The notes under the pieces were generated by a model, which made no database searches, was not told where the DNA came from, and saw only the letters and a program-made list of their open reading frames with translations. Shown piece by piece: positions 15,076 to 28,364 of a DNA stretch of 64,000 nucleotides; the first letter of the stretch is position 1; the number at the start of each line of letters is the position of its first letter. The stretch is from positions 7,378,001 to 7,442,000 of the forward strand of contig JBHGNT010000003.1 in assembly GCA_043228905.1 (NCBI GenBank). Direction: 5' to 3'. The DNA comes from Azolla caroliniana. Taxonomy: Eukaryota; Plantae; Polypodiophyta. The translations under genes were made by a program, and so were the position numbers.

Positions 15076-15660
15076 GATATAAGCTAACTTTTGGAGCCTA
15101 TATTGGTGTTAATTATCTATTGTGCATTCCACATCCCATGACATTTGGCACAAATTCTAGGTACATATGCTAAGAGTAAGATGCATCTTTGTTAAATATA
15201 AGTAAACTTTTGGAGCCTATAGGGGTGTTAATTAACTATCGTCCATTTCAAATCCCATGACCCCCAATGACATAACAATGACTTAGATAACCGAAGGAAA
15301 CTTCTAGATAAAAGTAAAGGATGGAAATAGACAAAGACTTTCTGTCCACTATAGTATGGAAGGGCTTAAAGAAGTAACACACTATAAAGGTAAGATTTAG
15401 TGCATTTTGAAGCTTCCCTTTTTTTTTCCAAAAAAAAAACTACTTCCATTAGTTAAGGCAATGTACAAGGGATAATTTACAACTCATATCTTACAAGCCA
15501 TCTTGCATGTCAAAAGAAAATAATATGTGTAGATGAAACAACAAAAGAACAACTCCAAAACACCATAACACTCGATGCGCATAGCATTACCCGAACACAT
15601 ACTCTACAAAACAGAATTCAGCATAGATGTCCTCCATTTGCTTCTCATGGAAACACCCAT

Positions 15661-17688
15661 CTAGATGTTAGGTACACTCGGGGGGAACAACCACCATGGT
15701 GGTTGATAATTCCACTTCACTTTACCATCCACCATCTGCAGCATCGACGAACCACTCCATTTCAGAAGGAAATGAGCTCTAGCTTCTTCACTTGCGTTAG
15801 AGGGCCCTTGAAGACTTTCAAACTCTCCTCGTAATGTAGAAATAAGATTAAACCAGATCATCATTAAATTCTCAACTGGTGGGGTTCGCTTACCTACAAA
15901 AGTCTCCTTGCACCTTGATACCCACACTTGCCAGACCGTAAGGCCGACCACTAATAACCATATGTCCACGTAGCGTTCTTGTAAGACGAATGAACCTCCT
16001 TGCATTGGTTGCACAGATCCTTGCATCACCTTTAAAGGACTATTTCCATTCCACCCTTGAAACCACGAAGCCGATTCAGTGGCCAACCAAGTGACTGCTG
16101 CGCTCGATACATGAACCTCAACCCCGAACCGAGCCAAGATTCTTAAGCTCCTCAACCAAATTTCTTGCGCTCGTGGGCAGCACCACAAACAATGAGCGAT
16201 GTCCTCCAAGCTCGCACTATAGGCCTTGCAACCACTCATGCCGCCTCTTTTCCCAAGCCACTCTCCTGTTGGGACAACCCGATGGGTGATTAACTAGAAA
16301 AACACTTTGATTCGCTTGGGAAGGGATGAGTTCCATATCTTGCGCCTGGTTCTATCCACGAACATTGAATCGACAGCTACATGGGCCCACTTGTTGGCAC
16401 ACTTCTCACGATACGAACCTAACTTTCTCCCAAAGTGCGTCGAGTATTCGAAGAAACCTAATGATTTATCTTGTTCTCCCTTCCACATATATTCAGCGGG
16501 ATCCCATTCTAAGCACTCGAGAGGCTTGCCTTCAACCACGTACAAGATCCAGTCCTCCTCACCCTCTTCGACTAGTGGATTCACCTTCCATTTCTTTCCG
16601 TCTCTTGCCACAATTCTAATCGGGTACCAGCATGCACTTTCATCTATTAATCCCATATGGACGATCTTCCCATTCTCTCCTAGACCCCTGACATTAATAA
16701 TTTTTCCGGTATCATCACATTGTCCGGACCATTCACCCTCTTCCTCATTACGAATAGGAAACGAGGAGACAACTGTATTGACTAGGTCAAGCATTTTTCT
16801 ACCATTTCTGACCTTTCCCACGTCTTCAAATAATTTATCACGATTATTGCCGAACAACTACCTCCAATCTACCATTGAGTGAATCCCTGGACAATACAAT
16901 ACCACCCACGACATACGCTTGCTTTGTCCAAGCATCGTTCCTTTTGGCGATTGTATGGTCTCGTTCCATAATAGGGGTTGGCACATCCATTCAACACTAG
17001 TACTTGGACAATTCCGACTTAGATGCCCACGGAGCATACTCCACGCCTGCATCACTGACATACAAGTACGATCAGCCAACCGGTTAGATTTCCTCAACTT
17101 TAAGTCCATACAAAAAGGCCATGCTTTGTGTGACTTGCATTGCCCACCCAATCTTGGACTCTAGAGAATGCTCCTATTATCTATCAATGTTTTCCATAAC
17201 TCGTTACCGAGTAGCAAGCTCCTTACCAATACCTTACATAACAATGCCTGACTCTGCAATCCAGGGTCAATCATTCCTAAAACCCCCTTACTCTTGGGAA
17301 GAACCAACGTAGACCATGATACTTTGGCTGCCGCGTTGTCTTTCCTCATCCCAGCCCATAGGAATCCCCTAATACACACTTTAACAGTACGAATAGCTTG
17401 CTTGTCAAACATCCACACTGAAACTGCATGCCATAACATAGATAAGAGCACATGGTTAGCTACTATGATCCAGCCAGCCAATGATAAGTTCATCCCTGAA
17501 CAGTTGCGAATTTTGTCACAGATTTTGCTTTGAATTTGTTGCAACTGAATTCCTTTGTTGATATCTACTCCAATCCACGTTCCCAGATACCTAGTGGCTT
17601 CCCCGTTTGCAATCCATTTGAATTTAGCATTTGGCTTCCAAAAAGGCTTGGACTCCAAGTTGATCCAGAAACCCTTGGACTTATTTCC
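15661..17688 (-). pseudogene. LINE ORF2 post-RT region and C-terminal zinc finger (zf-RVT-like)
   Basis: NKSKGFW, RYLG, AKVSWSTLVLPKSKGVLG, KIWNSSLPKRIKVFF, C..EDIAHCLWCCPRAQEIW. Confidence 0.85.
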
Positions 17689-17689
17689 A

Positions 17690-19409
17690 ACCTCAATCTG
17701 TGTGATCATCTTTTGCGATTCAGTATTCCTAATGTCCACTTCACTTTCCTTGTCTTTCCCTTTCCTGATCTAGGACTTAACCATTCTCAGGTCTGATGAG
17801 AATCTATTGCCACGACCCTCAGAGGGCTCAATGAGTGTTTCGTGGGTTTCGACTCGTGGCAGTAAATCAAATGGAGTTGCTAAAATTATTTTGTCTTCCT
17901 AAGGTTCCATTTGTGATAGGATGTCAAATCTATTCGAAATGGAACCTCCACTTGTAGGTGGGCAAGTAGGACCATGGAGGTTAGGCTTGGCCCCTTTCCT
18001 CGGCGATATCCATCCTTTTTCCTTTACTACTTGCTTTCCATCATGAACCAGGACCATGTGGCTTGCCGTCCTGACTTTGGGATATCCGGCAACTTGATGC
18101 CTTGTTGTCCCCTATCCGCTCTTGCATTCCCATACAGAGGGCAGTGTTTGGCCATATGGCCCATCTCCTTACATGCAAAACATTGACCTGGCAAGCCTTC
18201 ATAACCAACCTTCACCACCCTTAGGACAAAGTCCTCCATGTGGACTCTAATCTCCGATGGTAGTTTTTTAATGTCACTGACCAACACCTTCATCTTGGGC
18301 ATTTCAGCTACCTTATCTGCAAATGAAGGTTTCGTTGTACATACCATCCCTATATTGAGTGCGACCTTTGGGATCAAATGGTGGAGTTGGAAGGGTAGGT
18401 CTGGGAAGCATATTGTAATGACCATCGGTGTGCATGCTTTTTTATTCTCTTCCTTTGCATCAAAGTCTAGACTCCATTCCAAAATCATGCCTTTGCCATA
18501 CTTGAGTGTAATCCATTTGTGGTCCAGAATTTCTTGCACATTATGGCCTTCTTCTAAGATCACATGGTAGTAGTTGAGGCCCATTCTCAAAATGTTCTGG
18601 ATAGGTGGCATTTTATCCAAAAGGGTTACTTGCAACATGTCCCTAAGCAACCCTTTACTTGGTCATCCTCCTAGCAGCCGACATATGAACGAGGAACACT
18701 TCAACCGGCCCACTTCTTCCATTAATCTTCGATTCTCTATTGGAGAAAGATAAAGGTCGATCCCTTTTCTTCCATCAATGCCCTCCGCCTCCGGCTTCTC
18801 TTGAACTTGGCCAATGTCTTTATTCTTCTTTACTATCAAGACATTGCCCAAGCCTTCCTTGGTGTTCATTTTGGAATGTGCCATGGTCAGCCCCCCGCCT
18901 ATGTGCTCCTCATTCTGCGGGTCTGGATGCATACCTGTACCTAGTATTTCGGCAGGGGGGTACGAATCCATACCTGTTCCAACTATGTTTGTTGGAGGAA
19001 GCTTAAGCATATCCATCTCCAAAAGATTGCCGCCGCACTCGTTGATTGCGGAATGTGGTGTGAGCATGTGGCGCCTTCCTAATGTTCTAGCCTCCAATGC
19101 TGCAGACTTGTCAAGTGCCTTCCCTAGCTGTCCCGATCTCAAGCGCGCAATTCGACGAGAGGTTTGTTGCCGCAGGGGAAGGGACGACCAACGAGGACGA
19201 TGGGAGGACGCCTTTCCTTTTGTAGAAACACCGTCATTCACTTTCCGCATCTTCCCTGCCTCACATCGTCTCCTCAAAGTGATTCCGTTTGGCTTTGTTA
19301 AGACTGGCTTGCTTATCTGTCTATCTCTCGCTTGCTCTCCAGGTAATTGAACTACATGGATCCTATGCGAAGACATCTCCATCTCCATCTCCATCATCTT
19401 AACCTCCAA
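17690..19409 (-). pseudogene. LINE ORF1 (gag-like, CCHC zinc knuckle) with premature stops
   Basis: ORFs 18663-19409 and 18027-18650 are in frame across one TGA. GYEGLPGQCFACKEMGHMAKHC is typical of plant L1 ORF1. Confidence 0.85.
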
Positions 19410-19597
19410 AATCCTTCACCATCATCGTTTCCATCTTCGTCTTCTTCGCTGTGCTCCGGATTTCCTGCTGCATCATCGCATTCGCCTGTGTCGTCGTTTC
19501 CTCTGCGTCATGCGTGCAACTCCTTCACCATCATCGTTTCCATCTTCGTCTTCTTCGCTGTGCTCCGAATTTCCTGCTTCATCATCGCATTCACCTA
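19410..19597. repeat. Two ~77-bp direct repeats in the LINE 5' region
   Basis: tccttcaccatcatcgtttccatcttcgtcttcttcgctgtgctccg...catcatcgcattc at ~19411 and ~19520. Confidence 0.85.
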
Positions 19598-20189
19598 AAT
19601 CACATCTCCATGCAATAGCGCATGTCTATATCATCAATTATTCTATGTCATCCATGTTTTGAAACACATTAAAGCATCAAATTTCTAAAGGGTAAGGATC
19701 TAAAGAAGGATAAGGTAATCCATCTTTTGAAGCTTCCTTTTCACTTTTGAACTTTAAGTTAGAGTCTTCCCCCTTTTCGATGTCTCTCCCACATAATTTC
19801 TAATCTTTTATCTAGGAGCTGAAGCCTTAACTCTACCTATATCAATGTTGGTGGTGAAATATATTAAGCATGGTGGTTGTTATGTATGATTTCTTGTTTG
19901 TATTTCTCATCACTTATTTAATTAAAGTGGTAGCATTAGTTAAGCTTACTCTCATTTCCTCTTTATTAGTTAATTGCCATCATTGGTGAGCTTATGTAGG
20001 AGGTTCTCTTAAGTGATATTTCATTTCATTGGACATGCTCAAAGAAGTTTGACAACTATCTCTATCCCTTTGGTCAATATCATGATAGGTATCTATTCCT
20101 GCACTACGAACCTAACTAGGATGAAGGTCATTATCAGAATGGTTAAGTAGAAATATATTTAACAATTGTCCATTGGGGATGTTACAAAT

Positions 20190-20640
20190 TTTGGTTAATG
20201 AATGTAGGAAACGAGTGTGGGACAAGATTTAACCTAAACTAACACAAGAAATGAAGGTTGCATTAAATAAGTCCTTTGACATTATGGAAATACATGATGC
20301 ACTTAAAGCTTTGAGTCTTATGACTTAACTACATTTTTTCCTACATTTGAGTCCTTTGACAAGAGAGGATGAAATTATTCTACATTTTTTTCTCAAATAT
20401 TGGAGAAGACTTAACTAACGCTTATCGAAATTTTCTTTATATTGGATATGCCTTGTATTATAGTAGTTGGATAGATTTATTTAATACCTAAGGGTGAGGG
20501 TATATATTAGATGATATTAGAAAATGGAGACCAATAACTTTTCCATTCTGATTTGATTCATGTTAAGTAGACATGTTTCTTTTGAGAAAGAAGTATTATG
20601 GATAATCTCTTCTTTTTTGGGGAGAACACTGGGACATTTG
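20190..20640 (+). pseudogene. Heavily decayed L1 ORF2 fragment (pre-RT / RT start)
   Basis: Manual translation gives KLTQEMKVALNKSFDIMEIHDALKAL, FFLKYW, IYLIPKG, DDIRKWRPIT. Confidence 0.75.
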
Positions 20641-22984
20641 AAATAGCCAATATGTTGTGTTCTCTTTTTTACTTCTAGGGAAATGTTAAAAAATGGCTTA
20701 TTTCAGCACAATTTTACAATGGTATGACGTATGTATACATGGTTTCTTAAAACATACTAAAATTTACAACTAATTTTCATGACAAGAAAATGAATAGTTT
20801 CATATTCCATCTATCATATTCTTTTATCCAAATTTGAGATATGGAATGGAATTCCATACAAGCTTAATTGTATTAAGCCCGATTTTGCAGATTATGAAAA
20901 TGGTACCACAATGGACAAATTTTACAATGCTAAATTTATGTATATATATATAGAATGTATATCTTAGTATTAAATGCAATCCGCTATGTTATTGGTTTGT
21001 CTCAAAATGTAGACCTTGGTTCTCAACTTGCTGTCATGTTTAGAACTTCATTTCAAAATAAGTCTGTTGTAACTTGGTTTAGACCAAGATGCATTACCAT
21101 GGAAGAGGCGACCATTGGTAGTCCACATATTTAGTTTTTTTTTTGCATTTTAAAATTATGTGTAGAGTTTATAGTTACATGGAAAGATTGAATAATTCCC
21201 ATATTCTTGTAAGGCTCTTAATAGTTACATGTGAAACAGGTTACATAGAAATATTGAATAATTCCCATATTCTTTAAATACTCTTAATGGATACATGTGG
21301 AATGGGATTATTATAAAATTCTTTAATGGTTATCAAGCATTATACGAGTAAATAGAATAATTGTCATATTCTTGAATTACTAATATTGTCATATATGTAT
21401 GATGTGGCAGTTCTTGAACCAAACTTATGGTCTACCAAGATTTATAAATGGTTAGTTCAAGTATGAACCATGAACCTAAATAATGTAATAGAATCCTATA
21501 AATAGAGATACAAACCAAAACCTGAGGCACTGGTTAATTGGGTGAATCATTCTGAGCATTTTACATTGGTGGAGACTACGGGCAATCAACCACCTGCCAC
21601 TCTGCATGACGCCACAACCGCTAAGCAACAACCACTAACCCACAAATAGAAGAGTCGAGCCATAATCGTCCTCACCCACCGCCAAGACACAAATAGAAGA
21701 ACTGACCCATAATCGCCCTCATGTTCAGCAGGTCAACCTGCCTTCATCACACAAAGCAATCAAATGCAACAACAAGAAGGCGACAACACAACAAGTATGC
21801 AACCCGAATTCGGAGAACATACATCGATGCATACAACCATGGAGCAAATGTTCCAAGCAATGTCTACAATGATGATTCAGGTAAATCACGCAAACCAAGC
21901 ACTCATGACATGGCTCACCTCTCAATCTCAATCCACAGGAACAATAAATGATCAAAGAAAAGATTCCCGGATATGTCCAGGATCATTCTCTAGCCTCCCC
22001 ACAGAGGATGTACTAGCTTGCCTAGATCATTTTGACCTCGTCGCAGGCTATCATGATTGGAATGATGAAAGAAAGGCATTGGAATGATGAAAGAAATACG
22101 TATTTTACATATAGTACGTTAAATACTTCTAGAATTTGAAAATTACTTATGTTTCAAAAAAATATTTGTAATATTGTAAAAAGCATTGATGTTTACACAA
22201 TTTTGTGATGTACATTATAGTTCTACATCCTAAAATGCATATAAGACATTTGAACATTTCACATCCTAAAATACTTATTAATATGAATGTTGACATTCGC
22301 TTGTTCTATAAATTAGTGTGTGTATCACGATGTTCTACTTCAAATTGCAATTATTTACGATTATGCCCTTATAGATTGAAGAATCGTCTGCGATTATCAC
22401 ACTCACTTTACGTTTCTGTCTTCTTTTCTCCCTTCTTCATTATCTTCTTCATCATCCTTCTTCTTCTATCTTATGTGATTATCACACTTAGAGTCAGGAC
22501 AGGTTTCAGTCTTCTTTTCTCTCTTTTTCTTCTTCTTCTTCGTCGTCATCTCTTTTGTTCTTCTTTCTTCCTTCTTTTTGCTTCTTTTTCACTAATTTGT
22601 TTTTTCTTTTGCTTTTTGTTGGGGTTTGACTTACATTTTTTTATAAATACGTATTATACCTGTTTTTCAAATGTACATTAAATACCGTATTGGACAAATG
22701 CACATGATATTTGACTGAACAACATTGAGGTATAATACGTACTTATGAGGTATTATACGTATTTAAACGTTAAATATGGGTACGTAAACAACCATGGTGC
22801 CACGACCATGTTAAAAAAAATTGTAGGAAATTTGTGACATCTAAACACCATCAAAATGCTCAAGTACAATTGGTTGATTCTACATCACTTGCTGAGGTAC
22901 AGGGAAACCACCGAGCGGGAAACTGATGGAGGAGAAGTTACCGCACATTTAAGCCACAACCTCTTCCAAACGATTGGTATGTTC

Positions 22985-23621
22985 TATTAGAAATATTGAG
23001 AATCGATTAGATAGGTATATGGAGTTACAACAAAAGAGATGGATATATGAAAACAAAACTACTATTACATATGAGAGTAGCTCACAATGGTAGTTCACAC
23101 ATGTGCTCACACTTTGGAGCTTAGATGGGATTTGGACCAACTCACTACAAAATTAGTGGGGACTCATGATCGATCCACCATTGTGTAAGAGACTGGATTA
23201 TATTCTCTGTTTGGTATGAGTGTAACATTAAATGTGCATGTCAGGTGATAGTAGTGGAGATATTCCTTTTTTGTCATTTGACTTGTCATTTAATAAGACC
23301 CAACTCCCTAGATACAGGCTAGTGCTAGATAGTACTTATCTTGAAGTCAATGGCACATACTTCAAGACTAAGTACATTGTAACTTGCCCACAAAATATTC
23401 TAGTTGACTTGATTAGCCAATCCTATTACCTATTTTTCTCTTTCCTAAATCCATTGTGTCCTACGCATCTACGGTTTCCTAGATTAACACCTTATTGACC
23501 CATGTGGTCGAGTTGCACACTAGCTGCTCCTCATTTGGGGTGCTATCACAAAATGTGCACTCTAAGAGCACATATGGGGATAGATTTACAACTTGGGGCT
23601 GATCATTGATTATATCTAACA
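22985..23621 (-). repeat. Copia-2 3' LTR
   Basis: Matches 27806-28364, plus ~77 bp that the other LTR lacks. Confidence 0.93.
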
Positions 23622-23629
23622 TGCCCCCT

Positions 23630-26600
23630 CAATGGTCAACCCGTTGAGTTCACTTGGAATTGGGCTAACTCCTAGTTGTCGAAGGTGTTGATGTAGCTAT
23701 TCTGCTCCAAGCGCCTTTGTGAAGATTTCCGGAACATTTTCTGATGTTGGACAATAATCAAGCTCCACAGTCTCATAATTTATTAGCTCCCGCACATAGT
23801 GATACTGAATCTCTATGTGTTTAGTACGTGCATGAAATATGGGGTTCTTGGCAATGGCCATGCAACTCTGATTGTCACACCTCAATACCATTGCCATTCT
23901 TATTGGAACCGCCACATCCATAAGGATTCTTCTTAGCCAAACTACCTCACATGCCACTATGCATGCTACTTTGTATTTTGCCTCTGTTGAAGATAGTGCC
24001 ACTGTTGGTTGTTTTTTACTACTCCCTGAAATAGCTCCAGAGCCTATTGAAAAACAATATCTAGAAACTGATTTTCTAGAATCACTATCTCCAATCCAGT
24101 CGGAGTCGCAATATCCACTATGTTCGTCAATTGTTGTGTTGTAGAAGATTTTGTAATTTAAAGTACCCACAATGTACTTTAATACACGTAGTGCAGCTTT
24201 CCAATGAGTCTCCTTCGGCTTGTTGCTGAATCGACTCACCACACCGACTGCAAAACAAATATTCGGCCTAGTGTTGCATAGGAAAATTAGACTTCCTACT
24301 AGCAGTCTATACTTCCTTATGTCAACCATTGGTGACAGGTCTTCTTGGGATAACTTGCAGTTTGACTCCATTGGAGTCGACTTTGACTTGCTGTCCATCA
24401 TCCCAAAGGTCTTCAAGATCTCTGTTGCGTACTTTCTTTGTGCAATGAAGATGCCAACCGAGGTTTACCAAGCCTCAATTCCAAGGAAGTAGTGTAAAAT
24501 CCCCAAGTTTGTCATTTCAAACTCAGTTTTCAAACACTCTTGTATTTGGCCAATACACTCTTCATGGTCACTAGTAAGTACTAGATCATCCACGTAAATG
24601 ATGATGATGACTTGTTTCCCGTCCTTCATTTTGACATACATACTTGCATCCGAAGCACATTGCTTAAAGTTGATTGATTGGAAGAAGCTGTCTATCCTCT
24701 TCTTCGAAGCTCTTGGTGCTTGATTTAGACCATACAATGCCTTCTTCAACTTGCAAACTTTGTTTTATGAATTCGGCATCTCAAACCTTGGTGGTTGTGT
24801 CACATATACCTCCTCCTTGAGATGCCCATTCAGAAATGCCGATTTGACATCCATTTGATAAATCGGCCATCCTCTTGAAGCAGCCAACGCTATGGCCATT
24901 CGAATTGTTGTCATGCGAGCTGTCGGGGCAAATGTTTCTTGTACATCGAACCCTTCAATTTGGGAGCATCCTTGCACTACTAGTCTGGCCTTAAATTTCT
25001 CCAAAGAACCATCAACTTTATACTTTACTTTCCACACCCACTTTGTGCCTATCACCTTCCTCTTTGTTGGCCTCTCTACCAACTCCCACGTGTCATTTTT
25101 CATGATGCTATTGTATTCTGATATCATCACCTCTTTCCACTTCGGGTAGGCCATGGCTTCCTCCACCGAGGTCGGCTCACTCACTGAGCCTATGATGTCC
25201 ACCATCAGAGTCATGTTGACAATGTGGTCAGAGGTTCTCCCTTGCTCCTGTATTCTTCTTGAGCTTCGTAATCCATCAGTTGAAGTTTCAAGAAACTCAA
25301 CTTTAGGAGTACGGTCATTGAAGAGTTGTTGAACCCACTTAGGTATTTTCTTTACATGTGGCACTGGCATAGGCTGAACTAGTGAGCCATTGCCATCAGA
25401 TGATTCAGCTTCCTTTTTGGATAGTGGGTCGAGATTGGGGGGAATACTTCTTCGGTTGATGAGATAACTTGAGAATCACTATTCTCAGCTAGCTGTAGTT
25501 GTTCCTCATCGAACACCACATCGCGACTTGTCAATACCTTTCTTGCCTCTAGATCGTAGAGTCGATAGGCCTTTGACTCTTCACTATAACCGAGAAAGAT
25601 ACACTTCTTGCTTTTAACATCCAACTTCTTTCTACTCACATCTGGAACATGTGCGTAGCACGTCACGCAAAGGTTCTAAAGTGCAGCACTGAAGGTTTCT
25701 TGCCTGAATAAGCTTCTTGGGGTGTTTTCCATTGAAGTGCCTTTGTGTAGCTCCTATTGAGGATGTAAATTGCTGTATTCACTCCTTCAGCCCAGAATCA
25801 GTCGGGTAGCGCTTGTGCCTTCAACATACACCTAGCCATCTCGACAACTGTTTGGTTTTGACGTTCGACAACACCATTTTGTTGTGGGGTGTAGGCATTT
25901 GTAAGTTGGCACTTAATTTCATGCTCTTTGCAATACTCAGAGAATTCTATTGATAAGAATTCTCCACCTTGATTAGAGCGTAATTCCATCACTAACTTTC
26001 CGGACTCCCGCTCGATAAACTTATGCCATCTTTTGAAGATTTTAAAAGCTCCAGCCTTCTCCCGAAGGAAGTAAACCCACATCTTTCTACTGAAGTCATT
26101 GACTACTAGCATATAGTAGAGAGATCCACCCATTGCAGGAGTCACCATTTTTCCAGAGAGGTCAATGTGTATTAGCTGTAGAGGAGTCTTTGTCCAATTT
26201 TGACTCTCTTTTGGAATAGCCGATCTTTGATGGTTGCCCATCATACAAGCATCACAAACATGATTTAAGTCAGATAGGGTTGGCAACCCAACTACCATAT
26301 TCGACTTCTTCATCTCCTTCAATACAACAACATTGAGATGCCCAAATCTCTCATGCCATTTCTTTGTGTTAGTACTTGTGTTGTGGTCAGTAGAAATTGT
26401 AAACACGCTTAGCTCATATAGGTTGTTGCGCTTTACTCCTATTCCTACAACCTTGCCAGTAGAATCTATTATTTCTGCATCCGACTTCTTGAATTGAACA
26501 TCAAGACCCTTGTTGGTAAGTGTAGAAATGGACAATAGATTCTTCTTGAGATCTGGCACGTACAATACTTGAGACATATGCTTTGTCCCGCCGGTCGTTG

Positions 26601-27700
26601 CTTTGAGGGAGACGGTTTTGGTTCCTTTGGTTGGACATCGAGCATTGTTCCCAACCACAACATTGATGGGCTCTTGTAGAGGTGTCCAAGAGCTGTACCA
26701 GTCACAATTACTGGTCATATGTCAGGATGCTCCACTATCAAGAATCCAAGAGTCGTTGACACCTTGAGTGTCAACTGAAGAACACACTTCTTCAGTTGTG
26801 ACCCATAACTCAAGCTCATCTACGACATTATTGGCGGACTCGGGCTCTCTCAAAGAAGTCTTACTAGAACCATTCTTCTCATCCGCCATCTTCTTCTGAC
26901 AATCTTTGATTGTGTGACCCTTCTTGTCACAGTAGAAACACGATCCATTGAACTTCTTCTTCTTTGGTATCCTATTCACATTGTTTTAATTGGATGCCCC
27001 TTTACCCTTAGTCCTAGAGACAAATGCCGAATCTTCCCTTCCTTCTCTTGTCTTCACCTGAAGCTCCTCTTCAAGCAACATTGCACATAGTTCATCAAAT
27101 TTTAAAAGAGTGAGTGTTCAATGCTATCACAATGCCATCATAGTTGGAAGGAAGTACTCGAATGCATTGACGAGCCATATCCTCTGGAGAGACAACTACT
27201 CCAATAGTTGCCAGCTGATCTTGAAGATCCAAGTTAATCCTTTTTACAAAGGATTCTACTTTCTCTCAATCAAGGAGCTTCTATGCAGCAAGCTGATTTT
27301 TGAGGTTTTGTATCCTTGTATAGTTTTTGGTTTCATACTAGCTGACCAATATGCTCCAAGCTTCATGTGCCCTGGTGGTATATTGCACTAATGTTAGTAC
27401 AGAGTCACATACACCAATGATTATGGTACACAACACATCAACATTCCTTCTCTTCCAGGATCGAAGTAGATCAACATTTGGAGGGATTGATGTGGTAGGG
27501 TGTGCAGGGTCAAAGGTCACCATGGGCTCAGGGTCTCCCCCTGTTGGTCCCATGATTGTCTCCAACAACTTGTAAGAGTCCGAAATGGCAGACATTTTGA
27601 ACTTCCATAGAGTGTAGTTGGTTCCATCTAGATTTCCATCAGACAATGGAGGTGGACAAATGTGCATTGGAGCAGCTGCAACATTCATGGACAAGGCCAT
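23630..27700 (-). pseudogene. Copia-2 gag-pol, fragmented
   Basis: LDGTNYTLWK, CFYCDKKGHTIKDC, WILDSGAS, WHERFGH, PQQNGVVER, QMDVKSAFL, IYVDDL, GYCDSDW. Confidence 0.93.
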
Positions 27701-27702
27701 TG

Positions 27703-27735
<33 letters not shown>

Positions 27736-27805
27736 TTCTCTGTGCTGCTAGACAACAACTACCCATATATACCTAATCTAGATTAACCTCTCAGCTCTGA
27801 TACCA

Positions 27806-28364
27806 CGTTAGAAATATTGAGAATTGATTAGCTAGGTATATGGAGTTACAACCACAGAGATGGATATATGAAAACAAAACTTGTATTACATATGAGAGTA
27901 GCTCACAATTTTAGTTCACCCATGTGCTCACACCTTGGAGCTTAGATGGGATTTGGACCAACTCACTACAAAATTAGTGGGGACTGATGATCGATCCACC
28001 ATTGTGTAAGAGAGTGGATTATATTCTCTGTTTGGCCTGAGTGTAACATTAAATGTGCATGTCAGTTGATAGTAGTGGAGATATTCCTTTCTTGTCATTT
28101 GACTTGTCATTTAATATGACCCAACTCCCGAGATACAGGCTAGTGCTAGATAGTACTTATCTTGAAGTCAATGGCACATACTTAAAGATTAAGTACATTG
28201 TGTCCTACGCATCTATAGTTTCCTAGATTAACACCTTATCGAACCATATGGTCGAGTTGTACACTAGCCGTTCCTCATTTGGGGCGCTATCACAAAATGT
28301 GCACTCTAAGAGCACATATGGGGATAGATTTACAACTTGGGCTGATTATTGATTATATCTAACA
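27806..28364 (-). repeat. Copia-2 5' LTR
   Basis: Adjacent to the PBS. Internal deletion between two cattgt repeats. Confidence 0.93.

Larger units (their letters stand above)
9956..15275. repeat. Three-unit ~120-130 bp tandem repeat, split by Copia-1 (repeat parts 9956-10124 and 15076-15275)
   Basis: The unit taggtac.tatgc..agagtaagatgc...gtta.atataag...tttggagcctata..ggtgtta occurs three times. The second unit is interrupted at gatat. Confidence 0.85.
15419..19724 (-). mobile_element. L1-type LINE copy 1, internally deleted (no endonuclease or RT)
   Basis: Poly(A)-like tail (T run at 15419), ORF2 C-terminal half and ORF1 with zinc knuckle. Candidate TSD ttttgaagcttcc at 15405-15417 and 19725-19737. 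The 5' boundary rests only on that TSD. Confidence 0.8.
22985..28364 (-). mobile_element. Full-length Ty1/Copia LTR retrotransposon (Copia-2), decayed
   Basis: LTRs 22985-23621 and 27806-28364. TSD TGTTC at 22980-22984 and 28365-28369. iMet PBS 27794-27805 (minus). PPT ttgagggggca next to 23621. Confidence 0.96.

Noticed and set aside
16307-19350. Plus-strand ORFs of 100-190 aa
   Set aside because: They are antisense shadows of the minus-strand LINE ORFs.
22205-22681. 158-aa Phe/Leu-rich ORF as a membrane protein
   Set aside because: It is the translation of a CT-rich low-complexity tract with no family motif.
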